From Poseidonia sp. (lineage in GTDB: Archaea; Thermoplasmatota; Poseidoniia; Poseidoniales; Poseidoniaceae): a DNA stretch of 64,000 nt. A model generated the notes under the pieces. It saw nothing but the letters and a program-made list of their open reading frames with translations. It searched no databases and had not been told where the DNA came from. This document shows positions 26,867 through 36,559 of the stretch, in pieces. Position 1 is the first letter of the stretch. Each line of letters starts with the position of its first letter. The position numbers were made by a program, and so were the translations under genes. The stretch covers positions 294,102 to 358,101 of the forward strand of contig JAYQVP010000001.1 of NCBI GenBank assembly GCA_038148515.1. Direction: 5' to 3'.

Positions 26867-27961
26867 ATCAAACTCCTGGTCGTGAGCCTGCTCTATCCTG
26901 TCCCCATCAACCCCAGCAGGGGAGTCTTCGTGGACGACCACGTCGCTTTGCTGCGCGAAATGGGTCACGAGGTTCGCGTCGTCAACACCTTGCCTCGCAT
27001 GCCGAAGTACGCTGAAGCACGACGCTCCACGATGTACGGCGTGGCCCGCACCCCCAAACGATGGATGCATGAGGGCCACGAGATTCTTGTTCCACGCTTC
27101 CTTGCTCTGCCCGACCACCCTTACCCCCGAATCACGGCATGGAGCATGGCACGACGCCGTTCATGGATTGAATCCCAGTTGGGCGACTGGCGCCCCGACC
27201 TCATCGTGTGCCACACCTTGTGGCCTGCTGCCGTGCTGGCCAAGACCTTGGCGCGACGGTGGAACGTACCGTGGGTCGGCGTGGTCCACGGCCACGACTT
27301 CGACGTCGGGCTGGCTGCCCCCAATCTGCGCCGTTCCATCTGCGAACTGGCGACGTCCTGCGACGCATTGGTCTGCGTCACGCCACGCTTAACCGACATC
27401 GGACGAGAACTGAACCCGCCGCCCTCCCGTCTGCTCACCGTCCCTTGCCGAACGGTGGTGGACAAGGAATGGCTCCGTCCCGTTCGACCGCTGTCCAAGC
27501 CGTGGAAGAAGGAACCCATCGACATCCTGTTCCCTGCCGACCCGCGACGCCCCGAAAAACAACACCTCCTCGCCTTGCAAACCGGTGAAGTGCTCGAGGG
27601 GCGGGGATGGATGGTCGGCATCACCTCGCTGCGCCACCAACCCCGACACATCGTCCTCGACCGCATGCTCGTGGCCGACGTCACGCTGATCACCTCTCGC
27701 CGAGAAGCGGGGCCCTTGGTTGCTCGGGAATCGTTGTTGTGCGGCACGCCCGTGGTGAGCGTGGACGTAGGGGAGGTCGCCACTTACCTGCCCGAGGCCT
27801 GGGTGAGAGAAGCCGACCCTGAAGCCTTGGCCGACGGCATTGAAGCCGCTCTCAAAACGGGGTGGACATCGCAACGGACGGTCGAGGAATCCTTGGCCTT
27901 CGCCTCCACGCAACAGGTCAGGACGGCGTGGGACGAATTGCTCGCCAGCCTGGTGGAATAA
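26867..27961 (+). CDS. GT-B (GT4) glycosyltransferase; apparent ATC start
   Basis: (I)KLLVVSLLYP...GVFV, VHGHD, EK, EAGPLVARESLLCGTPVVSVDVG. The nearest canonical start (GTG 26882) truncates the first beta strand. Confidence 0.8.
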   Translation: MKLLVVSLLYPVPINPSRGVFVDDHVALLREMGHEVRVVNTLPRMPKYAEARRSTMYGVARTPKRWMHEGHEILVPRFLALPDHPYPRITAWSMARRRSWIESQLGDWRPDLIVCHTLWPAAVLAKTLARRWNVPWVGVVHGHDFDVGLAAPNLRRSICELATSCDALVCVTPRLTDIGRELNPPPSRLLTVPCRTVVDKEWLRPVRPLSKPWKKEPIDILFPADPRRPEKQHLLALQTGEVLEGRGWMVGITSLRHQPRHIVLDRMLVADVTLITSRREAGPLVARESLLCGTPVVSVDVGEVATYLPEAWVREADPEALADGIEAALKTGWTSQRTVEESLAFASTQQVRTAWDELLASLVE

Positions 27962-29369
27962 ACAACAAGAGAGGGGTGCTCAACAGCGCCCACCACCACG
28001 TGTGAGTGACGGCCCCCGCCACCAGCGCCAACGTCCCCAGCAAGGCCAAGGTGAGGTCGTCCTTCCGCATCTTGACGAGGACCGCCTCCCCGCTCATCCA
28101 CCACGACAGGACCAGCAAGGCCCCGGCGCTCAGGCTGCTCGCCAGAGCAGCCCCGTACAGGCGTTGGGCATCGGTGCTGGCCCATGCCACGACGGTCAGG
28201 TAGCCCACAGCGAGGGCGACCACGACGACGAGCAGAATGAACTGCGTGAATCGCCATGGTTGCGCGCCCGCCATGATGCTCGTGTACGTCGGCGTGGCCA
28301 ACAGCGTGAAGGCCCAACCGGCCAGCAACACGGCGAACATGTCGACCGCCGATGCTCCGTAGGTGCCGTCAAAGTACGCCGATGGAAAGGCGACGGGCGC
28401 CAACACGGCCACGATGAGGTAGCCGCCCAACAACCCGACCGGCAGCAAGGCCAAACAAAGGTCGTAGGCACGGTTCATCTCATGGGTGTAACGCGCCGTA
28501 AAGCGAGAAGACCCGAGCACCGGTAGCAAGGCCGAGCGCACGGCAGCGGGCACGACCAATCCCGCCAACCACGCCAGTTGAGCGACGTGGAAAACAGCGG
28601 CGAGCGCTGAGCCGGACACCGAAGCGAGGAGGAATTTCTCGATGCGAACCACGTAAGGCAGGATACTCAGTGTCAACGCGAAAGGCAGGGCGGAGGCGAG
28701 CAACAATGCAGGCGAGGTCCAACATGCGCCCAAGCGCGACCAATCGCCCGTATCGGTGGACGGAGCCGTTCGCACCAGCCAGTACAGGGACAACAACCAC
28801 CCCGTCGTTGCTCCCAGCAAGAATGCCGCCGTGAAGGCCGTGGGCGAGGTGGATTCTTGCCAGGCCAACCATGCATAACCCAGGACCGTCAAGATGCGTT
28901 CGACCACCTTCGTCAGCGCTTCCAAGCGGGCTTCACCCAGCGCCCGCAGGCCTGAACGCGGAGCATAGGAGGCGACGTGAACCAGAGCGATGAGTCCGGC
29001 GAGCAACAACAACGTCACCGGCGCTTCGAGATGGAGCCAACGGTGGGGCTGGGCGACGAGTACGACGGCGACGAAGGGCAGAGCGGTCAGTGCCTGCCAG
29101 CGGTAGGAGCGCCAAACGGCGGGCTTGACCATGTCTGGATGGTTGGCTCCGTCACGTGCCAACAGCGTGGGCAGACCAAGGTCGACGATGAGGAACACCG
29201 AGGCGTACAGGTCGATGGCGAGGACCATCCAGCCGTAGTGAGCGGGCAACAGGGCACGAGCCAGCAGAATTTGGCCGAGAAAGGCGAGCCCCACCGCCAC
29301 CAGATCGGCGCTGACCAACCAGCTGGCGTCGCGCCCACTCGAAGGCGTGCGACCGCTGCCTTCACCCAT
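27918..29369 (-). CDS. Oligosaccharide flippase (Wzx/MATE-like)
   Basis: LARAL.P..YG, DLGL.TLLAR, many TM helices. Confidence 0.8.
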   Translation of the reverse strand: MGEGSGRTPSSGRDASWLVSADLVAVGLAFLGQILLARALLPAHYGWMVLAIDLYASVFLIVDLGLPTLLARDGANHPDMVKPAVWRSYRWQALTALPFVAVVLVAQPHRWLHLEAPVTLLLLAGLIALVHVASYAPRSGLRALGEARLEALTKVVERILTVLGYAWLAWQESTSPTAFTAAFLLGATTGWLLSLYWLVRTAPSTDTGDWSRLGACWTSPALLLASALPFALTLSILPYVVRIEKFLLASVSGSALAAVFHVAQLAWLAGLVVPAAVRSALLPVLGSSRFTARYTHEMNRAYDLCLALLPVGLLGGYLIVAVLAPVAFPSAYFDGTYGASAVDMFAVLLAGWAFTLLATPTYTSIMAGAQPWRFTQFILLVVVVALAVGYLTVVAWASTDAQRLYGAALASSLSAGALLVLSWWMSGEAVLVKMRKDDLTLALLGTLALVAGAVTHTWWWALLSTPLLLFIPPGWRAIRPTPS

Positions 29370-29393
29370 GGCCCAGCATGAGGGGGGTTGTTT

Positions 29394-29678
29394 TCAATCA
29401 CTCCGCTCGTGGTGCTCAACATCGTCGTCTTCCAGACCGAAGGCCCAGCGGGTGACTTGACCGCGTTCACCTTCTTCGGTCGCCACGCGATGGACGAACG
29501 GCGAGCGGCGCAGGGCTCGTTGCAACACGTGGGCGGCGACGGGGCGGCCGGCGTGTTCGAGCGCCTGAACGATGTCGGGCGTCGTGGCGGGGCCGTTGGT
29601 GCGCAACCAGCCGACGATCCAGTCCGCTTGTTCCCGAGTGGCCTTTCGCTCATCGCTCCATCGAGAAGGGCGGGCCAT
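29394..29678 (-). CDS. Small hypothetical protein, wHTH-like
   Basis: WIVGWLRTNGPATTPDIVQAL...LQRALRRSPF...RW pattern; fills the gap in a co-oriented run. Confidence 0.55.
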   Translation of the reverse strand: MARPSRWSDERKATREQADWIVGWLRTNGPATTPDIVQALEHAGRPVAAHVLQRALRRSPFVHRVATEEGERGQVTRWAFGLEDDDVEHHERSD

Positions 29679-29835
29679 ACGCAACCGACTTCGCCGATGA
29701 GCCAAGAAAATTGCCGTTGGCCCAGCGATGCTCCATGACGAGCCTCACCGCCGATTCGGGAGGGCTAACCCCTCTGGCATCCCGCCGGGTCGCAGGACGC
29801 CTTCATCGCACAGCCAACGGCCTGTCTGCGGGCGC

Positions 29836-30717
29836 TTATCGCCAACCCAATGCCTTCTCGGCTTCCAGCAGCCGTGCATACGTTTCGGGCTGGAAAGTTT
29901 GCGAGAGTTGGTGGTCGTTGCCGCCCTCAAAGACGTTGGTTGAGTTCAGCGTTTCACCTTGGCTCCCGGGCAGAACGTCGAAGTGGATGCTCTCGCCGGT
30001 CACCAAACCGATGGGTACGCCGTGTTGGATGCCGAGGAAGGTCAACCACAGGTCGTCGTTGCGTGGTGTGGTGGCTCGGAACCTATCACCCGCCTCGCGC
30101 ATGATCTGCAAAAACGACGGAGGGAACAAGACGCCCGACACGCAGGTCGCGAAGTTCAGGTGGCTGGGCTCGCTCACACCCGGTGGCCACGACGCGTAAG
30201 GCGTGAGCGCCGTCCCTTCGGTGTTGAGCACCATTCGGTGAGCCCGATAGGCCAGCACCACATCGGGGCTGTTGACCGCTTCCTCACCGATGCGCTTCAG
30301 CCACCATTTGGGGTAGAGGATGTCGTCATCCGCGACGACATGGGGTCGGTCGAAGATACCGTTTTGCACCCACCATTGGATTTTCGTGTGCGGGCCGAGA
30401 TTCTCAGCGAGATGAATTTCCAGCCCCCGACGTTTCAGGCGGCGAAGTTGGCGAGTGGGCTGCTCAACGTCCCGTTCCACGTCGAGATAGAGCATGAAAC
30501 GCGACGGCAACACACGGCCTTCTGCAATGGATTCAATCACGGTATGGACGTGTTTGAGGCGGGAACCGTAGGTCGTGAGGGACAGGGTGGGGCCGTCGGG
30601 ATGGCACAGCGGAGCGGAAGACCAACGATTCTTGAGGTTCAAACGAAACGAGCGGAGGTGCAACGGGATGTTGGTCAGGGTGTTGCGCAAAAAACTGCCA
30701 ACGTTGGGAACTCGCAT
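29836..30717 (-). CDS. GT-A fold glycosyltransferase
   Basis: SLTTYGSR, GPHTK, ADDDILYP, GVLFPP, DDLWL. Confidence 0.7.
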   Translation of the reverse strand: MRVPNVGSFLRNTLTNIPLHLRSFRLNLKNRWSSAPLCHPDGPTLSLTTYGSRLKHVHTVIESIAEGRVLPSRFMLYLDVERDVEQPTRQLRRLKRRGLEIHLAENLGPHTKIQWWVQNGIFDRPHVVADDDILYPKWWLKRIGEEAVNSPDVVLAYRAHRMVLNTEGTALTPYASWPPGVSEPSHLNFATCVSGVLFPPSFLQIMREAGDRFRATTPRNDDLWLTFLGIQHGVPIGLVTGESIHFDVLPGSQGETLNSTNVFEGGNDHQLSQTFQPETYARLLEAEKALGWR

Positions 30718-30866
30718 CACATCACCGAGAAGGCAAACCGAGGGCCATCGGTGTGAGGTAAAACCTTTGCTCGCAAGGGACCGTCGCACGCTGGAAACCC
30801 GCAGACCGTCGTGGAGGCCAGCGTTTCTGCGATTGCTTCATGTATGATGGACGGGGCCTTTTGGCC

Positions 30867-31472
30867 ATGACTGAAAAGGCGGAAAGCCCCTCCTTCTTCA
30901 AAAAGTGGGTGATGCGCCAGTACTGGCGAATGCAGCAATCCCAAGCTGTTGTGAGCCTGCTCCTGTGGGGCACCACCATCACCTTGCTGGTATGGCCCTA
31001 CCTGCGGTGGCGGTTCGAGCCCGGATGCGGCGACGGTTTGCTTTGCTTCGACTCCGAGTTGTTCGGCATTCCCCTCACCTACATCGGCCTCGTGGCCATT
31101 TTCATGGCGGTGATGATGGCGGTGTTCACCGTTGGCTTCCTCTACGATCAGGTGTTCTCGCTGTGGACTGAATGGTCCACCGTGGCGACCGAACGGAATC
31201 CCTTTGCCACCTACGCTCTCTCGCCCACTTGGGTGCTCCTCTTTGCCCTTCAAGCCGAGACGCTCAAGCGTCAATCCGGCGACGACGAGGCCGTTCAGGA
31301 GCAAATGGACTGGTTCCTCAACTGGTGCAAGACCTACACCGACGGCGAGATGTTCGCCCGAGCCGTGCAGCAGTGGGACAAAACGCTGGGAGCCACGCCT
31401 ACGTTCTGGTTCACCGATGATGAGGCGATGCAAAAGGCGCGTTCATTGAAGTTCGACGACGAACAAGTTTGA
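30867..31472 (+). CDS. Hypothetical membrane protein (two TM helices)
   Basis: Two hydrophobic segments; native codon style. Confidence 0.65.
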   Translation: MTEKAESPSFFKKWVMRQYWRMQQSQAVVSLLLWGTTITLLVWPYLRWRFEPGCGDGLLCFDSELFGIPLTYIGLVAIFMAVMMAVFTVGFLYDQVFSLWTEWSTVATERNPFATYALSPTWVLLFALQAETLKRQSGDDEAVQEQMDWFLNWCKTYTDGEMFARAVQQWDKTLGATPTFWFTDDEAMQKARSLKFDDEQV

Positions 31473-31475
31473 GGC

Positions 31476-31796
31476 TCAGGCCTGACGGCCTTCGTCAAAC
31501 ATCTCCCGCAGGCTGCCGTCTTGAAGCATCTCCAAGGCAATGTCCGACCCGCCGATGAGTTCGCCGTGGATGAAGATCTGTGGCATTGTGGGGAAGTCCG
31601 ACCAGGCACAGATGGACGGGATGGCGCGAGGGTCGGAAAGGACGTTGACCGATGCGAATTCTTCACCCAGTTGCTGCAGCACTTGAGCGGCGCGGTTTGA
31701 GAACCCGCATTGAGGCTCGTTCGGGCTGCCCTTCATGAACAGGACAATGGGGTGGTCGTCAACAAGGCTTTGCAGTTCTTCGGGGGTCCAATTCAT
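31476..31796 (-). CDS. grxD: Monothiol glutaredoxin (Grx4/GrxD family)
   Basis: LFMKG.P..PQCGFS, FPTMPQIF, IGGSDI. Confidence 0.9.
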   Translation of the reverse strand: MNWTPEELQSLVDDHPIVLFMKGSPNEPQCGFSNRAAQVLQQLGEEFASVNVLSDPRAIPSICAWSDFPTMPQIFIHGELIGGSDIALEMLQDGSLREMFDEGRQA

Positions 31797-31801
31797 GGGG
31801 T

Positions 31802-32119
31802 TCACTCCTGGTTTCTCTGTATTCGGCGAATGTGGACGCCTTGGCCACCCCCGTGGGGGTCAAACGCCGTGTCACCCGCCGTTTCGGCTTGGGCTGGCGT
31901 CATGCACTTGAGGTCAAGCGCGTGAATCGGGTGGGGGATGTGCTGACCCATAACGGCGAGCACCTGCTTTTGGCGCTGGAGTGGACGAACGCCCTCGAAG
32001 GACTCCGCTATGATGCGGACATGGAAGTGGTCGCCCGAGCGGTGCAGGTCAATGACCTCGACCTGAGCATCGGGGACGGCCTTCAGCACTTCGGCTTCAA
32101 TCCACGCTTCGTCGACCAT
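31802..32119 (-). CDS. BolA family protein
   Basis: GDHF..RI....FEG...LQRQK.V, IHALDLK; adjacent to the CGFS glutaredoxin. Confidence 0.9.
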   Translation of the reverse strand: MVDEAWIEAEVLKAVPDAQVEVIDLHRSGDHFHVRIIAESFEGVRPLQRQKQVLAVMGQHIPHPIHALDLKCMTPAQAETAGDTAFDPHGGGQGVHIRRIQRNQE

Positions 32120-32178
32120 GCCTTCGCCTCGGTGGTGAATCGTTGGCCTTGTGCTTTGAACTTGATTGTTGCAGCCGT

Positions 32179-33420
32179 TCACGCCGATAAGCCATCGAGG
32201 ATGGAGTCCACCGCTTGAGATGCGTCCACCTCAAGCCACGGTTCAACGGCCTCGGTCGCCATGTCGTCCTTGAGGCGCTGCGTGCCCCCGCCGCTGATGT
32301 TGAGCACCACGCAATCCTCTTCCTCGACTTCACCCACCTCAATAGCTTCCTGAAGACTGGCCAATGCGATGGCGCCCGGCGGGAGGATGTCGATGCCTTC
32401 GGTGGACTCGAACAAGGCCTTGGCCGCTTCCGCCACCGGCTGTTCAACCACGTAGGTTTGACCGTCGGAATCCTCGAGGATATCGTGCACGCCGCCCGTT
32501 TGGCCGTAGGCTGGAGCAGCGTTGAGCAACAGGTCGGAATACACCTCGACCTCCTCCTCGGGAAAATCCTCGTCGAGCAAATGATCTCGTCCGGCCTGCC
32601 AGGCGTTGTGAATCGGGCTGTGTTCGATGTTCTGCGAGACATGTTGGCGGGGAACGGGGCCGTCAAAGACGCCCTCATCGACCAGACGGGTCGCCATTTC
32701 GTGCGCCCCGATGGGCCCGGGACCTCCACCGATGCCCTGGAAATAATGGTCGGGCAACTGCCCGATGGTGAAAGCAGCATCGAGCATCAGCGAACCCATG
32801 CCGTCGCGACGGGCCACGTTGTGCACCCCGCCCTCCAGCACCCACTCATCAAGGCGTTGAGCAAGACGCTTTGCAACGCGTTTGGCATCGGCATAATCAC
32901 CGTCTTTGAGGACGACCAGACGCACGCTCTCGCTGGGGTGGTCCTTTCTCAACCACAGGCGCTGCGCGTGCTCTTCGCCCACGATGACGATCAGTGGGGT
33001 GTCGGTCAGGCCGCAGTAGTGGGCAAATGCACGGGCGGTGTTGCCGGCGCTGGCGCAGATGACACCGGAGACATCGTGGTCGCGCAGACGCTGAATGGTT
33101 GGAACGGCTTCGAGGTCTTTGAAACTCCCAGTCGGGCACAACCCGCCTTTCTCGGGCCAGTAGCCGTGGAAGGTGACCCAAAGGTTGGACAGGCCCAACT
33201 GTTCACCGAGAGCTTCCGCTTTGTAGGTCAGGGTACCGGCCACCAGTTCGTTGGCTCCTGAAACGGGCAGCCAGTCCTCAAACTGCCACATGCCTTCGGC
33301 GTCTTGAAGTTCCAGAGGCTGATGGTAGACCGACTGCAGCAGGGCGTTGTCGGCGTGATGAAGGGTGTACGCATCGTTGAGAAGTTGGTTCGTTTTCAAA
33401 CACCTGAGTTGATACTTCAT
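32179..33420 (-). CDS. Cysteate synthase (PLP-dependent, threonine synthase-like)
   Basis: LGLSNLW..F.GYWPEKG, TGSFKDLEA, ASAGNTARAF, EGG..NVARRDGMG, PDHYFQ, LNISGGG. Confidence 0.85.
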   Translation of the reverse strand: MKYQLRCLKTNQLLNDAYTLHHADNALLQSVYHQPLELQDAEGMWQFEDWLPVSGANELVAGTLTYKAEALGEQLGLSNLWVTFHGYWPEKGGLCPTGSFKDLEAVPTIQRLRDHDVSGVICASAGNTARAFAHYCGLTDTPLIVIVGEEHAQRLWLRKDHPSESVRLVVLKDGDYADAKRVAKRLAQRLDEWVLEGGVHNVARRDGMGSLMLDAAFTIGQLPDHYFQGIGGGPGPIGAHEMATRLVDEGVFDGPVPRQHVSQNIEHSPIHNAWQAGRDHLLDEDFPEEEVEVYSDLLLNAAPAYGQTGGVHDILEDSDGQTYVVEQPVAEAAKALFESTEGIDILPPGAIALASLQEAIEVGEVEEEDCVVLNISGGGTQRLKDDMATEAVEPWLEVDASQAVDSILDGLSA

Positions 33421-33535
33421 TGTTTCACCTTGCCAAAAAATGGCTCTAAATCACTTGAATTCCAAGGTGCGTTTAAGTCTTCACCATGCAATGATGGCCG
33501 TATCAGCGAGGCTGCGCTCCCGTTGCGCCGCCGAC

Positions 33536-34843
33536 TCAAACCGGTCGGCCCACCGCATAGGTGGTCCAGCCCATGGCGGCCAAGTCGTCCAAATCCAATA
33601 CCCGACGACCGTCGTACAGCAACGGATGATTCATCCTTGCCAGAAGAGCGGACCAATCCATGTTCACGCAGGCTTTGTGGGCGGTGACGAGGACAGCCAT
33701 GTCGTAGCCTTCAACGGCCGTGATGTCGTCCACCCACTCCACGTGGTCGGGCATGCCATCGGCTTCCAGATGAGGGTCGTACACGCCCACGCGGATGCCT
33801 TTCTCGTGAAGCGCCTGCGCCAGCGGTTCGGCGGGCGTTTCACGCGGGTCGCCCACTTCGGCCTTGTACGACCAACCGAGCAGCAGGACCTTGGTGTTCT
33901 CGGACGAGAGCCCGGCTTTCCAAAGAATGTTCACGAGCACCTGTGCGACGTGGTTGGGCATGGAACGGTTGACCGCCCGCGCAGCGGTGATGAGACCTGC
34001 CGGCACACCCACGTCAGCGGCTCGCTGAATCATGTAGTACGGGTCAACGGGAATGCAGTGACCGCCCACGCCAACGCCGGGGGTGTAGCGGTGGAAATTC
34101 CACTTGGTCGCTGCGGCGGAAAGAACGTCCTCGACGTCCACGTCAAGTGCAGGGAAAATACGAGCCAATTCGTTAACCAGAGCGATGTTGATGTCGCGCT
34201 GAACGTTTTCGATCACCTTGGCCGCTTCAGCCACCTCGAGCTTGCCCACGTAGCGAACGTCTTCGCTCGTGAGTTGGCTGTACAGGCCCACCAGAGCATG
34301 GCCGACCTCGGGGTTGGAACACCCGATGACGCGGGCCACGCTGCGAACCCCGTGAGCGGCATCGCCGGGGTTGAACCGCTCGGGGCAGTAGGCGATGTCC
34401 ACGTCCTCGCCAATCACCAAACCCAATTCTTCCACGATGGGCAACCATGTTTGAGCCGTCACGCCCGGGTACACGGTGGACTCCAGCACAACGATGGTGT
34501 TCGAGCCCTTTGGAATTGCTTCAAACACCGCGCGCCCAGCGGCTTCAACGTAGGACAAATCCGGCTTGAGATCGTGGGTGATCGGCGTGGGGACGGTCAC
34601 GAGCACCACGTCGCAATGCGGCACGGCCTCGGCGGTGGAGGTGGTGATGTGCCAGTTTTTGGTGCCCGGTGCGGGGACGATGTCGTCCACGTCGGGGTCG
34701 CCCGTGGGGTTCTGTCCGGCCAGCACCATGTCGACGGTGCGCTGTGAGACATCAACGCCCCAAACGGTGAAGCCGGCGTCGTGAAAACCGATGGCGGTGG
34801 GCAGGCCGACGTAGCCCAAGCCGATGATGCCGACCGTTTGCAT
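33536..34843 (-). CDS. UDP-HexNAc 6-dehydrogenase (WecC/WbpO-like nucleotide-sugar dehydrogenase)
   Basis: IGLGYVGLP, VPTP, ESTVYPG, CPERFNPG, KVIENVQRDINIA, GVGGHCIPVDP, RETP. Confidence 0.92.
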   Translation of the reverse strand: MQTVGIIGLGYVGLPTAIGFHDAGFTVWGVDVSQRTVDMVLAGQNPTGDPDVDDIVPAPGTKNWHITTSTAEAVPHCDVVLVTVPTPITHDLKPDLSYVEAAGRAVFEAIPKGSNTIVVLESTVYPGVTAQTWLPIVEELGLVIGEDVDIAYCPERFNPGDAAHGVRSVARVIGCSNPEVGHALVGLYSQLTSEDVRYVGKLEVAEAAKVIENVQRDINIALVNELARIFPALDVDVEDVLSAAATKWNFHRYTPGVGVGGHCIPVDPYYMIQRAADVGVPAGLITAARAVNRSMPNHVAQVLVNILWKAGLSSENTKVLLLGWSYKAEVGDPRETPAEPLAQALHEKGIRVGVYDPHLEADGMPDHVEWVDDITAVEGYDMAVLVTAHKACVNMDWSALLARMNHPLLYDGRRVLDLDDLAAMGWTTYAVGRPV

Positions 34844-35003
34844 GTCTCGCCCACCCGCCGTGCCTTCTTCAATTATTTGTGGGGACATGAGGGTGGTCGC
34901 GCCAAACAACGCCCTCGGAAGCGTTTCCACCGTCCCAAGAAGCGGGCGATGGAGGTGCAGAGGGTCGTCGCCTTTATGTGCCGAAGGAGTGGCATTCGCC
35001 TCC

Positions 35004-35864
35004 ATGTCCCAAGAGATTCACGAGCAGGAACTCGTGCCTCTGTGGGGAAAACGGTCCATGCATCGGCTCCCGTTCATCGTGGCCAGCGACCTCGTTCGTT
35101 CGCGCCACTTGCTTCGGTTGTTGGTGAAGCGAGATCTAAACGCTCGTTACCGTCGAGCGTATCTGGGCTACGCTTGGGCTGTGTTGGAGCCCTTGCTATT
35201 GGCCATTGTCTACACCTTCATCTTCACCATTCTCGTGGGGTCGAGCGACCCGATGTACCCGGTCAAAATCATCGTTGGAATCATTGGCTGGACCTTATTT
35301 GCCCGCTCGCTAACCACCTCGGCCAAATCGCTGTCGAGTTCCATTAACCTCTTCCAATTTGCACGGGTCCCAAAGACGGTGTTTGCGACCAGCGGAACCC
35401 TCACCAACGCCTTGTTGGCGGTGATCTCGCTTACTTCCATTCTCCCGTTTTATTTCATTCACGACTTACCAATCTCCTTGGATTTGGTTCTAATTTTGTT
35501 CTGGATGTTCGTTCTGACCTTCACTGGATGGGGCCTTGGTTTGCTAATTGCCCCCATTTCATGCAAGGTTCCCGATGTCCTCAACGTCGTTAATTTCCTG
35601 GTTCGCGCTGGATTTTTCCTCTCACCGGTAATGTGGACGTACGACATGTTCAGCAATCGGTTTGGAGAGGGATGGCATGCAATTGTAGCTCATCTCAACC
35701 CTACTGTTATTCCCATCACTGGGATGCGAGATGCACTGCTGGGTGAATCATCGACGATACCCACTTACGCTTACGTGATGTGTTTTGTATTCGCACTCGG
35801 CTCCTACATACTTGGCACCATCGTGTTTGAACGGAAAGCGCATCAGGCGGTGGTGAATGTATGA
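35004..35864 (+). CDS. Polysaccharide ABC exporter permease (Wzm/TagG-like)
   Basis: RDLNARYR...LGYAWAVLEPLL, FFLSPVMW, LNP. Confidence 0.9.
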   Translation: MSQEIHEQELVPLWGKRSMHRLPFIVASDLVRSRHLLRLLVKRDLNARYRRAYLGYAWAVLEPLLLAIVYTFIFTILVGSSDPMYPVKIIVGIIGWTLFARSLTTSAKSLSSSINLFQFARVPKTVFATSGTLTNALLAVISLTSILPFYFIHDLPISLDLVLILFWMFVLTFTGWGLGLLIAPISCKVPDVLNVVNFLVRAGFFLSPVMWTYDMFSNRFGEGWHAIVAHLNPTVIPITGMRDALLGESSTIPTYAYVMCFVFALGSYILGTIVFERKAHQAVVNV

Positions 35865-36559
35865 GCACCGTCATGCGACTTGAGGACATCTCGCTGGAAT
35901 ACCCGGTGCCAAGGCAATATCGCAAAGAGAATGTCCTGCCGTCGGGCGTACGTAACATCTCTCTTGACATTCAACAGGGTGAAGTTCTGGGCATTGTTGG
36001 ACGCAACGGTTCAGGCAAAAGCACACTGCTCAAAATCATGGCAGGCGTCTTCCCTCCCGACGACGGCATCATTTCTTCCAAAGGTTCAGTGTCCCTTCTT
36101 GCAGGAGTCGGTGTTGGCTTTCACAAAGAACTCACGGGCAGGGAAAACGCATACTTGTACGGCGCACTGATGGGGCGCACCCAACAGCAAATCGACGAAT
36201 TGATTGGGGAAATTCAAGACTTCGCCGAACTCAAACATCATTTTGACCGACCCATTCGAACGTATTCATCGGGGATGAAATCTCGATTGGGTATTTCGGT
36301 CGCGACGGCGTTTCGACCCGATTTGTTGCTCATCGATGAGGTTCTCGGTGTCGGCGATGCTTCGTTCCGAAAAAAGAGCGAGGATCGGGTCAAGCAATTG
36401 ATTCAAGATTCGGGTACGGTGGTCATCGTGTCGCATTCGATGGGTCTCTTGAGTTCCATTTGTACGCGAATTGCTTTGGTTGAAAACGGAAACATCGTTT
36501 CCATCGGTCCGCCTCAAGACACCCTCAAGGCTTACTCTGAATTGCTCAAGATAGAATGA
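35861..36559 (+). CDS. Polysaccharide ABC exporter ATPase (Wzt/TagH-like, no C-terminal CBM)
   Basis: GRNGSGKS, LTGREN, YSSGMKSRL, LLIDE, VSH; only 232 aa. Confidence 0.93.
   Translation: MSTVMRLEDISLEYPVPRQYRKENVLPSGVRNISLDIQQGEVLGIVGRNGSGKSTLLKIMAGVFPPDDGIISSKGSVSLLAGVGVGFHKELTGRENAYLYGALMGRTQQQIDELIGEIQDFAELKHHFDRPIRTYSSGMKSRLGISVATAFRPDLLLIDEVLGVGDASFRKKSEDRVKQLIQDSGTVVIVSHSMGLLSSICTRIALVENGNIVSIGPPQDTLKAYSELLKIE

Noticed and set aside
33440..34747. 435-aa plus-strand ORF, and similar long antisense ORFs such as 32215..33261 and 12381..13208
   Set aside because: They lie antisense to well-supported genes, as expected in GC-rich DNA, and show no motifs.
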